64,000 bases of DNA, taken from the NCBI RefSeq assembly GCF_009881055.1, contig NZ_WXFG01000032.1:45739-109738 (forward strand). Direction: 5' to 3'. The position numbers and the translations under genes were made by a program. The notes under the pieces are model-generated. The model was not told where the DNA came from. It did not search any database and saw only the letters and a list, made by a program, of their open reading frames with translations. The first letter of the stretch is position 1; every line of letters begins with the position of its first letter. This document shows, piece by piece, positions 1-9,043 of the stretch. This DNA comes from Peptoclostridium sp. Its GTDB lineage: Bacteria; Bacillota; Clostridia; Peptostreptococcales; Peptostreptococcaceae.

Positions 1-4
1 GAGC

Positions 5-51
5 ATGGTTCTTCGTCCCATATATCATATGGGATGATGGACCATTTTTTT
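5..51 (+). terminator. Leader attenuator / intrinsic terminator hairpin upstream of the trpP-like gene
   Basis: Long imperfect hairpin (ATGGTTCTTCGTCCCATAT / ATATGGGATGATGGACCAT) followed by T7, about 55 nt before the CDS start. The window begins inside the leader, so the sensing part is not visible. Confidence 0.6.
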
Positions 52-104
52 ATTTTCAAAACAGACAACAAATTCTATAAATACAAAAATATGGAGGGGT
101 TATC

Positions 105-629
105 ATGAATTTAAGAAAAAATGTTCTTACAGCGCTTTTGTTAGCAATAGGTTTTATACTGCACCAGATAGTGCCGGGAGCTTTAGGGGCCATGAAATTT
201 GACATAATGCTTGCGATGATATTTGTAGCAATATTTATAAACAGTGATGTGAAAAACGTAGTGCTTGCAGCTTTGATGGGTGGAATTATAACAGCGCTTA
301 CTACCACATTCCCTGGCGGACAGCTTCCTAACATAATAGACAAGATAGTGACATGTGCGGCCGTATATGCAATGATTAAAGTAGCTCTAAGCTTTATGCC
401 GGAATTGAATCAAGTTGCAGTAATAGTTATATCGTTTGTTGGAACCATAATAAGCGGAGCCGTATTCCTCTACTCTGCACTTTTGATAGTTGGACTTCCT
501 GCACCTTTCACAGCTCTTTTTATGGGAATAGTCCTTCCTACAGCAGTAGCAAATGTATTCGTGACCATAGTAATATATAATGCAGTGAAGATGGCTCTGA
601 AGGCATCTGGATTTTCGATGGCCAGGTAG
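105..629 (+). CDS. trpP: Tryptophan transporter TrpP-like membrane protein (ECF S-component-like)
   Basis: 174-aa polytopic membrane ORF with a GGAGGGG RBS. The GQLPNIIDK and SALLIVGLP blocks resemble the TrpP/YhaG family as I recall it. Confidence 0.65.
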   Translation: MNLRKNVLTALLLAIGFILHQIVPGALGAMKFDIMLAMIFVAIFINSDVKNVVLAALMGGIITALTTTFPGGQLPNIIDKIVTCAAVYAMIKVALSFMPELNQVAVIVISFVGTIISGAVFLYSALLIVGLPAPFTALFMGIVLPTAVANVFVTIVIYNAVKMALKASGFSMAR

Positions 630-670
630 CAACCGGTATTGCGACTAATAAAATTATCAATATAATCTAT

Positions 671-706
671 AAAGACCTCTGGATTTTAAATCTGGAGGTC
701 TTTTTG
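671..706 (+). terminator. Intrinsic terminator after trpP
   Basis: AGACCTC...GAGGTCT stem followed by TTTTT. Confidence 0.7.
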
Positions 707-794
707 TGTTAGTTGCGCTGGACAAAGGGTAATAATAGATCAATGCATATGGAATGTATTTACAAGAATAAATATGCACAAAGGAGTTGGTGTT

Positions 795-2012
795 GTGAAC
801 AGTAGTGATGCGAACTTCTATGCAATTGAAAATATGGATGTGTCATCTGTAACATATGCGGTAGAGTTTGTTGACGCACTTATAATGTGCGGCATATCAA
901 GCCGGGCAAGCGACATACATATACACCCAGGGAAAAATCACACGCAAATAAAGCTCAGGATAGACGGAAAACTACTTGGGGGGCCGAAGATAAGTAAAGA
1001 CAGACACGAGAGCATAATATCCAGACTAAAAGTCATATCGGGCATGAATATTTCCGAAAAGAGAATTCCTCAGGATGGGAGACTCGTAAAATCGGTGGGC
1101 GAGAGTGAATACGATCTTAGGACAGCCACAATTGCTACTGTTTTTGGCGAAAAGGCAGTGATTAGGATACTTGAAAAGGATGATTTCAGGTTCAGCATTA
1201 GAAATATCGGGATGACAGCTGACGACGTGGATAAAATCTCAAGCTGCATTTCCGGCACAGGGGGTATGGTGCTTATAAGCGGACCGACTGGATCAGGCAA
1301 GACTACAACGCTGTATTCTATATTGAATTTCATCAAAAGAGATTCAAAAAATATAATAACGGTTGAGGATCCAGTGGAGTATACAATCGGCGAAGTATCT
1401 CAGATACAAGTGAACAGACAAATAGGTCTGGACTTTGCCAAAGGGCTGCGCGCAGCATTGCGCCATGATCCTGACGTTATAATGATTGGTGAAATACGTG
1501 ATAACGAGACAGCGAGCATAGCGATGAGAGCGGCAATAACTGGACACTTGGTGCTTAGCACCATTCACACCAATGATTCAGCAAGCACTATAACCAGGCT
1601 TTTGAATATGGGGATTCCACCTTATATAATTTCAGCAGCACTTAAGTGTGTAATATCGCAGAGGCTTCTAAGGGTGCTTTGCAAATCATGCAAAAACATC
1701 TGCAGCTCGACGGTTGCTGAAAAAACAGCGCTCTATATGGCGGGGTACAAAACGGAAGATTTTTACTCGGCTGTAGGCTGCAGGCGCTGCGCAGGAACAG
1801 GATATTACGGCAGAACGGGTGTGTATGAGGTGCTTTGTATTGACAGAGAGCTGAGCGATGCAATAATACAGGGCCAGTCTCAACAGAAGATAAGAGATAT
1901 TGCAAATAGGAAGGGCATGTCAACGATGCTGGAAAATGCTGCAAGGCTTGTTGTTGATGGAACAACATCTGCGGAGGAAATATCGCAGCTTCTGGTGGGA
2001 GAATACTTGTAA
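795..2012 (+). CDS. pilB: Type IV pilus / type II secretion assembly ATPase (GspE/PilB family, short form)
   Basis: Walker A GPTGSGKTT, and a GspE-type tetracysteine (CKSC...CRRC). AAGGAG lies 8 nt before the GTG at 795; the ORF track alternative is the ATG at 774. Confidence 0.9.
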   Translation: MNSSDANFYAIENMDVSSVTYAVEFVDALIMCGISSRASDIHIHPGKNHTQIKLRIDGKLLGGPKISKDRHESIISRLKVISGMNISEKRIPQDGRLVKSVGESEYDLRTATIATVFGEKAVIRILEKDDFRFSIRNIGMTADDVDKISSCISGTGGMVLISGPTGSGKTTTLYSILNFIKRDSKNIITVEDPVEYTIGEVSQIQVNRQIGLDFAKGLRAALRHDPDVIMIGEIRDNETASIAMRAAITGHLVLSTIHTNDSASTITRLLNMGIPPYIISAALKCVISQRLLRVLCKSCKNICSSTVAEKTALYMAGYKTEDFYSAVGCRRCAGTGYYGRTGVYEVLCIDRELSDAIIQGQSQQKIRDIANRKGMSTMLENAARLVVDGTTSAEEISQLLVGEYL

Positions 2013-2016
2013 GGAT

Positions 2017-3222
2017 GTGATTAGAATAAAGCTTTTTGCATATATAGGTATGGACGACAAGCAAATTTACAGTTGCGGAATTATGCGGGCAGCCAGCAAA
2101 AATCAAGCCTTAAGGAGCCTTTCTGAAAGCGGCATATATGCAATTTGGACAGGCGGGCTCCAGCTGCCAAGCAGCATTATTTCGCCTGCCTCAAATAAAA
2201 ATCACATTGTGATATCGGAGTTTTTTGAACATCTTCACTTTCTTACTTGCGCGGGCATTAGCATAACTGATTCACTTAGCATCATAGACGGAGCGGGAGG
2301 GCATGTGAGCAAATATTCAAGGGCTATTTCGTCAAATATAAACAAAGGCGTTTCTGTTTCGGAAGCAATGAAGCAGGCGGACACCTACTTTCCGAATTTG
2401 GTCGTAGAGGTTATGGATTGCGCAGAAAAAAGCGGGCGAATTGAAGGTGTATGCAAAAAACTGGCTGACTATTACTACAGCATTTACAGCATCAAGAGAG
2501 AGATAAAATCAGCGCTTGCATATCCCATGTTGGTGTTGTTTTTTTGTTTTTTTTCAGTAGGGTTTATAACGGTCTTTGTGATGCCAAGTCTGGCTGATTT
2601 GCTTAATGCAAGCGATGCAGACTTAGAGGGCGCAAGCGGAATTATAATTGGAGCATCAAGCGTCATAAGCGAAAACATGCATACAATATTGGCTGGCGCG
2701 GCAGGTGTTTTTTTTGTTGCCTTATGCATATTCAGGGCTTATGCAAAAAATGGCGGAGTCTGGCGCTTGCTTTCAAAAATGCCGCACATTGGGAAAGTCA
2801 GAAGAAATGCCGTATCATCAATGTTTGCGGGATTGCTTTCAATGTGCATGGAGAGCGGGATACCGATATACAGCGCTGTTGAAATGGCGAGCAGCGCTCT
2901 CAACTGCAGCGAATACAGGAAAAGCATGCTGAAAATGCAGGAGTCTATTACTGCAGGGGAGTGTGTGTCGACAGCCGTTTCAAGAGCGGGATTTTTTTCG
3001 GATGAGTTTGCGATGATGGTTAAAATTGGGGAGGCATCGGGTGATATGTCGGGAATACTTCACAAAATCGCATGCTATTTCGAAAAGCAAGTAGAATCCT
3101 CTGTGAAAAGGGCGGTATCCCTTATAGGTCCTCTGCTTATTATGGGGGTAACCGTAATAATAGGTTTGCTCTCGTATGTTGTTATGACGCCGATGCTAAG
3201 AATTGCAAACAGCATTATATAA
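2017..3222 (+). CDS. pilC: Type IV pilus platform protein (GspF/PilC family)
   Basis: Polytopic membrane protein following pilB. The N-terminus KLFAYIGMDDKQ..G fits the PilC F-x-Y-x-x-x-D start, which favours the GTG at 2017. The ATG at 2050 is an alternative; the ORF track start at 1900 overlaps pilB. Confidence 0.85.
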   Translation: MIRIKLFAYIGMDDKQIYSCGIMRAASKNQALRSLSESGIYAIWTGGLQLPSSIISPASNKNHIVISEFFEHLHFLTCAGISITDSLSIIDGAGGHVSKYSRAISSNINKGVSVSEAMKQADTYFPNLVVEVMDCAEKSGRIEGVCKKLADYYYSIYSIKREIKSALAYPMLVLFFCFFSVGFITVFVMPSLADLLNASDADLEGASGIIIGASSVISENMHTILAGAAGVFFVALCIFRAYAKNGGVWRLLSKMPHIGKVRRNAVSSMFAGLLSMCMESGIPIYSAVEMASSALNCSEYRKSMLKMQESITAGECVSTAVSRAGFFSDEFAMMVKIGEASGDMSGILHKIACYFEKQVESSVKRAVSLIGPLLIMGVTVIIGLLSYVVMTPMLRIANSII

Positions 3223-3264
3223 AAAGTTGATTTGACAATATGAATGAAATAGGAGGTAAATGAA

Positions 3265-3678
3265 ATGAAAAAAATATTGGCTGTATTCAGAGACAGAAAA
3301 GGATTTTCACTGCTTGAGGTGCTTATGGCTGTGTTTGTAATAGGCATCATAGTGGCGATAATTTCGCCGGATATTGCAGGCACCGGACACAAGGCTAGGC
3401 TAAGAGCGGATGCGGCCTCGGCTGCATGCATAGGAAGAGCTCTGGAGCTTTATGTGGCTGAAAACAATATAGTCAAAAAGGCTGATGGATTTGGCGAATC
3501 TGATTTGGAGACTCTCCTAGTGAAAGGGGGATATCTAACCGGCATAAGCGCGCCCAAGAGCGGAGGAGCCTGGAGTGCTGAGTACACCGACAAGAAGGTA
3601 ACTGTAAAAGCAGGAGGGATAGAGCTTTATCCTACGATTGAAAAAACAGAGGTGACGGAAGATGGCACTTCGAACTAG
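3265..3678 (+). CDS. Prepilin-type N-terminal cleavage/methylation domain protein (likely major pilin)
   Basis: Leader MKKILAVFRDRKG|FSLLEV with G-1, F+1 and E+5, followed by a hydrophobic helix. GGAGG RBS. Confidence 0.9.
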   Translation: MKKILAVFRDRKGFSLLEVLMAVFVIGIIVAIISPDIAGTGHKARLRADAASAACIGRALELYVAENNIVKKADGFGESDLETLLVKGGYLTGISAPKSGGAWSAEYTDKKVTVKAGGIELYPTIEKTEVTEDGTSN

Positions 3679-4471
3679 GCTGTTCTGGATAAATGAAGAT
3701 AGCAGAGCAGCATTTGCATTAAAAGGTCCATGGGGTATCCGAACGGCCACCATAGCCAAAAGGAGTGATGGGGGCAGCCGGATTCTTGGTTCAGATGGTT
3801 TCACTGAAGCTCTGGATGCATTGGAATGTGCGGCAAAAAGCATAGATGAAATTGTATATGTCGAACATTCAAGTCGATACAGCTTTGGAATAGTGAATGT
3901 CCCCTGCGGAAGGAGGAAAAGCATTGCCTGTACATTGGCGGAAAATCAGTTCAAGGCAGCAAGCAGGATTGATGAGAAGGAGCATATTATAAGCTCGAGA
4001 ATCGTCAAATCAGATGGCTTGACTTCAAGTCACCTTGTATGCTCGATTGAAGTGATGGATATAGACTCGGCATTTATTATTTCAAAGCGCCACAAAATAA
4101 AAATAACCGGCATATACTGCGGAATAGACGCAGCTATATGCGCGTATATAAAGAGTTCTTCAGAAACGACAAAGGCACATGGGGCAATAGCGCTTGACAG
4201 TGGGTACTCATATTCGGTCGCAGTAATGCATGAGGGAAAACCTGTTGTTGCTTTCAGAACAAAAAAATCCGAATATGCGAGGGCTGCAGAAAAAATCAGG
4301 GAGGCTCTTTTAAGCTGTTCCGGGGAAGCATTGGAGGAACTGGTAATACTTTCGGGTGAGGGGGATTTTTTTGCAGAGCATATAACAAGCGGCGCGAGGA
4401 TAAGGGTTGATAACCTGATTGTTTCTGGGAAAGTTCAAGAATATATAATGGAGGGGATTCAAATGGGATGA
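3662..4471 (+). CDS. PilM-like pilus assembly protein (divergent actin-fold)
   Basis: Sits in the PilM position after the pilin gene. The AIALDSGYSYSVAV block resembles the PilM phosphate-2 motif, but the N-terminal DxG motif is absent. GAGGTG RBS. Confidence 0.5.
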   Translation: MALRTRLFWINEDSRAAFALKGPWGIRTATIAKRSDGGSRILGSDGFTEALDALECAAKSIDEIVYVEHSSRYSFGIVNVPCGRRKSIACTLAENQFKAASRIDEKEHIISSRIVKSDGLTSSHLVCSIEVMDIDSAFIISKRHKIKITGIYCGIDAAICAYIKSSSETTKAHGAIALDSGYSYSVAVMHEGKPVVAFRTKKSEYARAAEKIREALLSCSGEALEELVILSGEGDFFAEHITSGARIRVDNLIVSGKVQEYIMEGIQMG

Positions 4472-4992
4472 GCAAATGCGCAATGAACTTGGAGGGCTGC
4501 TACAGAAAAAGGCTGAAAAAGAGATTTGTTGTGAGTAATATTGCTATCATTATTTCGTTGATGACAGCAGTTTCTTTGGTAGCTTTAGATCAAGCAGCCG
4601 CGTCATATATAAGAAAGTCCGTGGGAAATCAAGTTGTCCTGGCAGCTGCAGAAAACCAATACAGAGCCAATATAGATTACGTAGATGAGGTAAGTGAGCA
4701 ATTTTCAGATAGGATGCTCGATAAATCAGTTCTGAAAGCTGTCGGAGAAATAATGCTAAGCGGGATTGATGGAGCAGAAACTGAGACGATAGACTGCGGA
4801 CCAAACAAGCTAAGCATCCAGGGGAACAGCAGTGAATATTCGGGAATAATGAGGTATTGCGGCTTTATTGACAAGTGCCTGGGAGTTAAAAGCAATGTGC
4901 TTATTGAAAGCATAAGCTTGGATAACAAAATAGAATATAAAGATTACATGTTCCTGATTAGTATGGACCTGGAAATGGATGATTCCAAATGA
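4468..4992 (+). CDS. PilN-like bitopic pilus assembly protein
   Basis: Basic N-terminus, a single TM segment (VVSNIAIIISLMTAVSLVAL) and an extracytoplasmic domain. ATGA overlap with the upstream gene. The call rests on gene order. Confidence 0.5.
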   Translation: MSKCAMNLEGCYRKRLKKRFVVSNIAIIISLMTAVSLVALDQAAASYIRKSVGNQVVLAAAENQYRANIDYVDEVSEQFSDRMLDKSVLKAVGEIMLSGIDGAETETIDCGPNKLSIQGNSSEYSGIMRYCGFIDKCLGVKSNVLIESISLDNKIEYKDYMFLISMDLEMDDSK

Positions 4993-5486
4993 GCAGGAAG
5001 AATCTGATTGCGATATGCCTCATACTTGTATCCGCCGTTTATGCCAAATTTCAGCTGGAGGAGAACCTGAGGCAGGCATTTAATCTCTATAACGAAAAAT
5101 CAAACCCTCAGGCAGCTGAGCAAACGAATAAAAGAATTTCAGGAGCGAAACAAGAAGCGGAAATTTTAGAATACAGAATGGATCTTATATCAAGCCAGCA
5201 GGATGTACTCATATTTCTAGAAGGGAGCTACAGGCTTATAGGTTTGGAGCTTGCATATGAAAATCACCGCATAGAAGAGGTATCGATATGTGAGGGTTCC
5301 CGCAAAATAAATGTTTATGAGGTGGAAATAAGTATGAATGGAAGTGCTGCGCAGATTGTTGAATTCATAAAGTCAGTGCAAATGGAGGAGGCATGTATGG
5401 GATTCAGCGAGATGAAGATGACGTTTGATAAATATGGCGGCGTCAATTGCAGTATGCTTCTGGTTTTGGCGGGAAATCTCTATTGA
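4989..5486 (+). CDS. PilO-like bitopic pilus assembly protein
   Basis: Single N-terminal TM segment followed by a coiled segment. ATGA overlap with the upstream gene. The call rests on gene order. Confidence 0.45.
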   Translation: MSRKNLIAICLILVSAVYAKFQLEENLRQAFNLYNEKSNPQAAEQTNKRISGAKQEAEILEYRMDLISSQQDVLIFLEGSYRLIGLELAYENHRIEEVSICEGSRKINVYEVEISMNGSAAQIVEFIKSVQMEEACMGFSEMKMTFDKYGGVNCSMLLVLAGNLY

Positions 5487-5908
5487 TTGATGGAGCGGTT
5501 AATGAAAAAGACTGCAACTCGAAACAAAGGGGATTTCTGCTACTAGAAAGCGCTGCCGCCATATTTTTGATAAGTATTTTAATGGTTACTTTTTCTGAGA
5601 TATTTTTCGAATGCACGCTGTCGATTCTAAGATCCAAGGAAAAGGCATATGCCTTCAACATGGCTCAGGCATATGCGGAAACTCTTGTTAATATTGATGA
5701 AGGTGAGCTTTTTGAAAAATATTATAATTGCGAATTTGAAGAGGACGAATTCAATGTGAGAATCTGCATAGACGTTTTAACTGAGCGCGAATATGGCAAT
5801 CACAAAAGCAAGGGGACGCTGGGAATTACTGTTCTGGTTTCCAAGAATGGTGCTCCGCTTGCTGAAATTAAGACTTTCAGAAAAGCCGGGTGGAAAAATG
5901 AGGAGTGA
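5483..5908 (+). CDS. Prepilin-type minor pilin
   Basis: QRG|FLLLES prepilin motif with E+5. The TTG at 5483 overlaps the upstream stop (TTGA); an alternative TTG lies at 5447. Confidence 0.75.
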   Translation: MIDGAVNEKDCNSKQRGFLLLESAAAIFLISILMVTFSEIFFECTLSILRSKEKAYAFNMAQAYAETLVNIDEGELFEKYYNCEFEEDEFNVRICIDVLTEREYGNHKSKGTLGITVLVSKNGAPLAEIKTFRKAGWKNEE

Positions 5909-6683
5909 GAAAGGCTCTGCCTTGATTATGGGTTTAATAACAATGCTTTTGCTCTGGACTCTGGGCATGACGCTTGTGCTTATTACAGCAAGGAATGCCA
6001 GCGCCAGAGAGCTTTCGAGCAGCCACAAGAGAAGCTTCTACATAGCGGACGGTGGACTGAGGCTGGCAAAGGAGGCGTTGCTTGTGAGTACCGAGGCCGC
6101 ATTTGCAGCTTGCCTTGACAAGCTGGATTTATATATAGAACAGGAGCTGGAGGATTTTCTGATGATCGAGCTTGAAAAAGAACTCAGTGGAAATGACAGC
6201 CAGTATATGGAGCTCGAGTATTGTGAGGATGGAAATGTCACGGCGCGTCTCATTAGGGAAAATGTTGACAGTCATCTGAACGGGATTTTCAAAAAGGCGT
6301 ACTGGGACTATTTCTTGACTGAGAAGCGATTGGAAGTCGTGGGGCAAATAGAAGCTGTTGACTCGGAAGACGTGCTTATAAACGTAAGGGACGACCACAT
6401 AAAATTTGACCTGGTGGACGCCTTTGTTATGGAGATAGCCGCTTTGAAGTCGATTGGAGCGACAAGATGTGTCATAGATTGCATACTTGGCGTCAAGATT
6501 CCAGATTCGGACTTTGGGCATATAGAATATGAACTGCATACAAAATCTTTAGGCAAAAGCATTGAGTTGGGAGAAGGAGTATACGGGGAGCTTTATTTGG
6601 AGGCGCCTAAAAGCGTTGGTGTGAGAGGAGTGCTGGATTTAGAAAGCCTGGTCAGTATGAGCGGCTGGGTAAGAAGAAGGTGA
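5898..6683 (+). CDS. PilX-N-terminal-like minor pilin / pilus tip-associated protein
   Basis: N-terminus MRSEKGSALIMGLITMLLLWTLG resembles the PilX N-terminal domain (ERGSAL...), with no E+5. GGGTGG RBS. Overlaps the upstream gene by 11 nt. Confidence 0.6.
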   Translation: MRSEKGSALIMGLITMLLLWTLGMTLVLITARNASARELSSSHKRSFYIADGGLRLAKEALLVSTEAAFAACLDKLDLYIEQELEDFLMIELEKELSGNDSQYMELEYCEDGNVTARLIRENVDSHLNGIFKKAYWDYFLTEKRLEVVGQIEAVDSEDVLINVRDDHIKFDLVDAFVMEIAALKSIGATRCVIDCILGVKIPDSDFGHIEYELHTKSLGKSIELGEGVYGELYLEAPKSVGVRGVLDLESLVSMSGWVRRR

Positions 6684-6687
6684 TTTT

Positions 6688-7143
6688 ATGAAAATCGGCA
6701 AAAGAGGTGTGCTTCTTGTGGAGCTGGCTTGCGCTTTATCAATTGCAATGCTCCTGTCAGGAGCTGTATACATGTCGGCCAACATGAGAAAGGCAAAGGT
6801 TGATGCATTTGCAAGGAGAATCTGCTCGGACATTAGATATGTTAGGATGAGGAACATATACGGAGACGATAGCGCCAAAATAAAGTTTCGGACGGATTCT
6901 TGGAAGCGGAGCGGCTATGCGCTTTATAAGGAGGATGTTCTGGAAAAAGAGGAGAAGCTTCCGGAGGGCATACAATTTGTATCGTCACTGAGTACTCTCA
7001 ACTTTACTCTTGCAGGGACCCTCAAGGGAAGCGGAGACACAATAAAGATAACTGACTCAGCTACAGGGTATACAAAGGTTGTTACAATAGTTCCTTTCAG
7101 CGGCAGAACATTGATAAGGGAAGGAATTTATGCATATGAATAG
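6688..7143 (+). CDS. Prepilin-type minor pilin (GspH/FimT-like)
   Basis: MKIGKRG|VLLVEL prepilin motif with E+5. Confidence 0.75.
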   Translation: MKIGKRGVLLVELACALSIAMLLSGAVYMSANMRKAKVDAFARRICSDIRYVRMRNIYGDDSAKIKFRTDSWKRSGYALYKEDVLEKEEKLPEGIQFVSSLSTLNFTLAGTLKGSGDTIKITDSATGYTKVVTIVPFSGRTLIREGIYAYE

Positions 7144-7636
7144 AAAGGGATTCCTGTTACTGGAGGTCTCGGCATATGCTTTTTTGACTATTCTGCTTGT
7201 CCTTTTGACTCTAGAGTTGCTGTCGGGTCTGAAAAACATTTATTCAAAGGGTGAAGCTGAAACTGAGCTGAATGAAAATGCCATGATGGCGCAGCACTTT
7301 GTTGAAGCGCGGCTTTACGGAGCTTCAAGCATAACTGCTGTTATTGGAAGCAATAGAAAAAAGACTGCGTGGAGCGAGTTTTCTAGAGGTGACGTGGATG
7401 AAATATGCTTCAAATTTGGAGGTCAGGATATTGGAATATATTTGAACAGGAGCACTAGAAAATTGTTCTGCACAATAGGCGGGAACAGGCCCGGTTATGA
7501 ATTTGCAAACTATGTGTCGAATATGAAGGCGGAAAAAATCCAGGATGAATCGGGAGTAAGGCTTGCTTTCCTCCTGGAGAAGAATGGTTGCGCCATGAAA
7601 ACGGAATTTGTGATTTTTATAAGAAACTCCCCCTGA
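7130..7636 (+). CDS. Prepilin-type minor pilin
   Basis: MHMNRKG|FLLLEV prepilin motif with E+5. Overlaps the upstream gene by 14 nt. Confidence 0.75.
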   Translation: MHMNRKGFLLLEVSAYAFLTILLVLLTLELLSGLKNIYSKGEAETELNENAMMAQHFVEARLYGASSITAVIGSNRKKTAWSEFSRGDVDEICFKFGGQDIGIYLNRSTRKLFCTIGGNRPGYEFANYVSNMKAEKIQDESGVRLAFLLEKNGCAMKTEFVIFIRNSP

Positions 7637-7696
7637 AATGCAGAATCTGCTATACTATTAAAATAAAACAGACGAATAACGAAAGGGAGTAGTTTA

Positions 7697-8218
7697 ATGG
7701 GTTCGGTAAAAAACATCTCACTTGTTGGATTCATGGCGAGCGGGAAGACTACTGTTGGCAAGCAGCTGGCTAAAAAGCTGGGATTTGAATTTGTGGATAC
7801 TGATGATTTGGCTGAGAAGCTTGAAGGAAGGACAATCAGCTCCATGTTTGAGAATTCGGGAGAGGAGTATTTCAGGGATGTCGAGAGCGGAATTCTCGGA
7901 GAAGTACTTTCAGAGTCGGGCAAGGTAATATCAACAGGCGGGGGAATAATCCTGAGGGAAGAAAACATTAGGGCCTTGAGAGGCAATTCGATTGTCGTGT
8001 GGCTCAAGGCAAGCCGCGACACTGTACTCAAAAATTTGAAAAGATCCGAGGACAAAAGGCCACTGATGAAACAGTGTGAGGCTGAGGAGAGAATAGACGC
8101 AATACTTCCTCCAAGGCTGGATAAATACAAGAGAGCGGCCCATATTACAGTGGATGTTGATGGCAAGTCACCTGCTAATATCGTTAGTGAAATACTGTTC
8201 AATATCAAGAAAATATGA
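7697..8218 (+). CDS. aroK: Shikimate kinase
   Basis: GFMASGKTTVG P-loop, about 170 aa, AGGGAG RBS. Confidence 0.9.
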   Translation: MGSVKNISLVGFMASGKTTVGKQLAKKLGFEFVDTDDLAEKLEGRTISSMFENSGEEYFRDVESGILGEVLSESGKVISTGGGIILREENIRALRGNSIVVWLKASRDTVLKNLKRSEDKRPLMKQCEAEERIDAILPPRLDKYKRAAHITVDVDGKSPANIVSEILFNIKKI

Positions 8219-8323
8219 TATTATAGCATTGTAATTTTTTTGATATGATGGGGATTTATATTCCTTTATATATTTCGCCCGTTTCAATTTAGGCAGAGGA
8301 ATTTAATATTATGGAGGTAAGAT

Positions 8324-8881
8324 ATGATATCAGCAAGTGAGTTTAGAAAAGGAGTAACATTTGTAAAGGATGGTCAGCCTTGTCTGATTGTTGATTTCCA
8401 GCACGTTAAGCCGGGAAAGGGTGCGGCATTCGTTAGAACAAAATATAAGGATTTGAGAACTGGAGCGACAAGGGAAGAGGCTTTCAACCCAAGTGACAAG
8501 TTTCCAAAGGCCAACATAGAGACTAAGGAAATGCAATATCTTTACAATGACGGAGAGCTTTACTACTTCATGGACAATGAGACTTTCGAGCAGGTGCCTT
8601 TGTCTTTTGAGCAGGTTGAGGATGCAATAAAGTTTATAAAGGAAAACGACAGCGTAGTTATCAGATTCTTCGAAGGCGCTGCATTCCAGGTAGAGGCTCC
8701 GAATTTTGTAGATCTTGAAGTTATAGAGACAGAGCCGGGAATAAAAGGCAACACAGCATCAAACGTTACTAAGGCTGCAACAGTTGAAACAGGAGCTGTT
8801 GTTCAGGTTCCGCTATTTGTTAACGTTGGAGATAAAATCAAAATAGATACAAGAACTGGCGAGTATCTTTCAAGAGCATAG
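8324..8881 (+). CDS. efp: Elongation factor P
   Basis: 185 aa. The N-terminus [13 protein letters not shown] and the VKPGKG loop are typical of EF-P. Confidence 0.95.
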   Translation: MISASEFRKGVTFVKDGQPCLIVDFQHVKPGKGAAFVRTKYKDLRTGATREEAFNPSDKFPKANIETKEMQYLYNDGELYYFMDNETFEQVPLSFEQVEDAIKFIKENDSVVIRFFEGAAFQVEAPNFVDLEVIETEPGIKGNTASNVTKAATVETGAVVQVPLFVNVGDKIKIDTRTGEYLSRA

Positions 8882-8892
8882 AGCTATCAGCG

Positions 8893-8918
8893 GGCAGATG
8901 AAAATATCTGCCTTTTTT
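8893..8918 (+). terminator. Intrinsic terminator after efp
   Basis: GGCAGAT-GAAAAT-ATCTGCC followed by T6. Confidence 0.8.
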
Positions 8919-9043
8919 ATTTATCTAAATAACGAACCTGAAAAATCACATGTTAGAAACCTAATGCCGGAAGGTATATAAACAAATAAGTATTAGTGCA
9001 TACAGTTTGGAAAGCTTTCAATATGATAAGCAGGGGGGAGCCT

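Noticed and set aside
707-794. A possible c-di-GMP riboswitch upstream of the pilus operon, as is known for the C. difficile pilA1 gene.
   Set aside because: Only about 70 nt are available between the trpP terminator and the pilB RBS. I could not find the conserved GEMM-I or GEMM-II sequence blocks.
1900-2016. An N-terminal extension of the pilC ORF in the ORF track.
   Set aside because: It overlaps the 3' end of pilB by more than 100 nt in another frame. The PilC-like N-terminus begins only at about 2017.
7510-8208. A 232-aa ORF on the minus strand covering aroK and the end of the pilin operon.
   Set aside because: It is antisense to a well-supported gene. Its composition is low-complexity and Ser/Leu-rich, which is typical of the complementary frame of purine-rich codons. 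It has no RBS.
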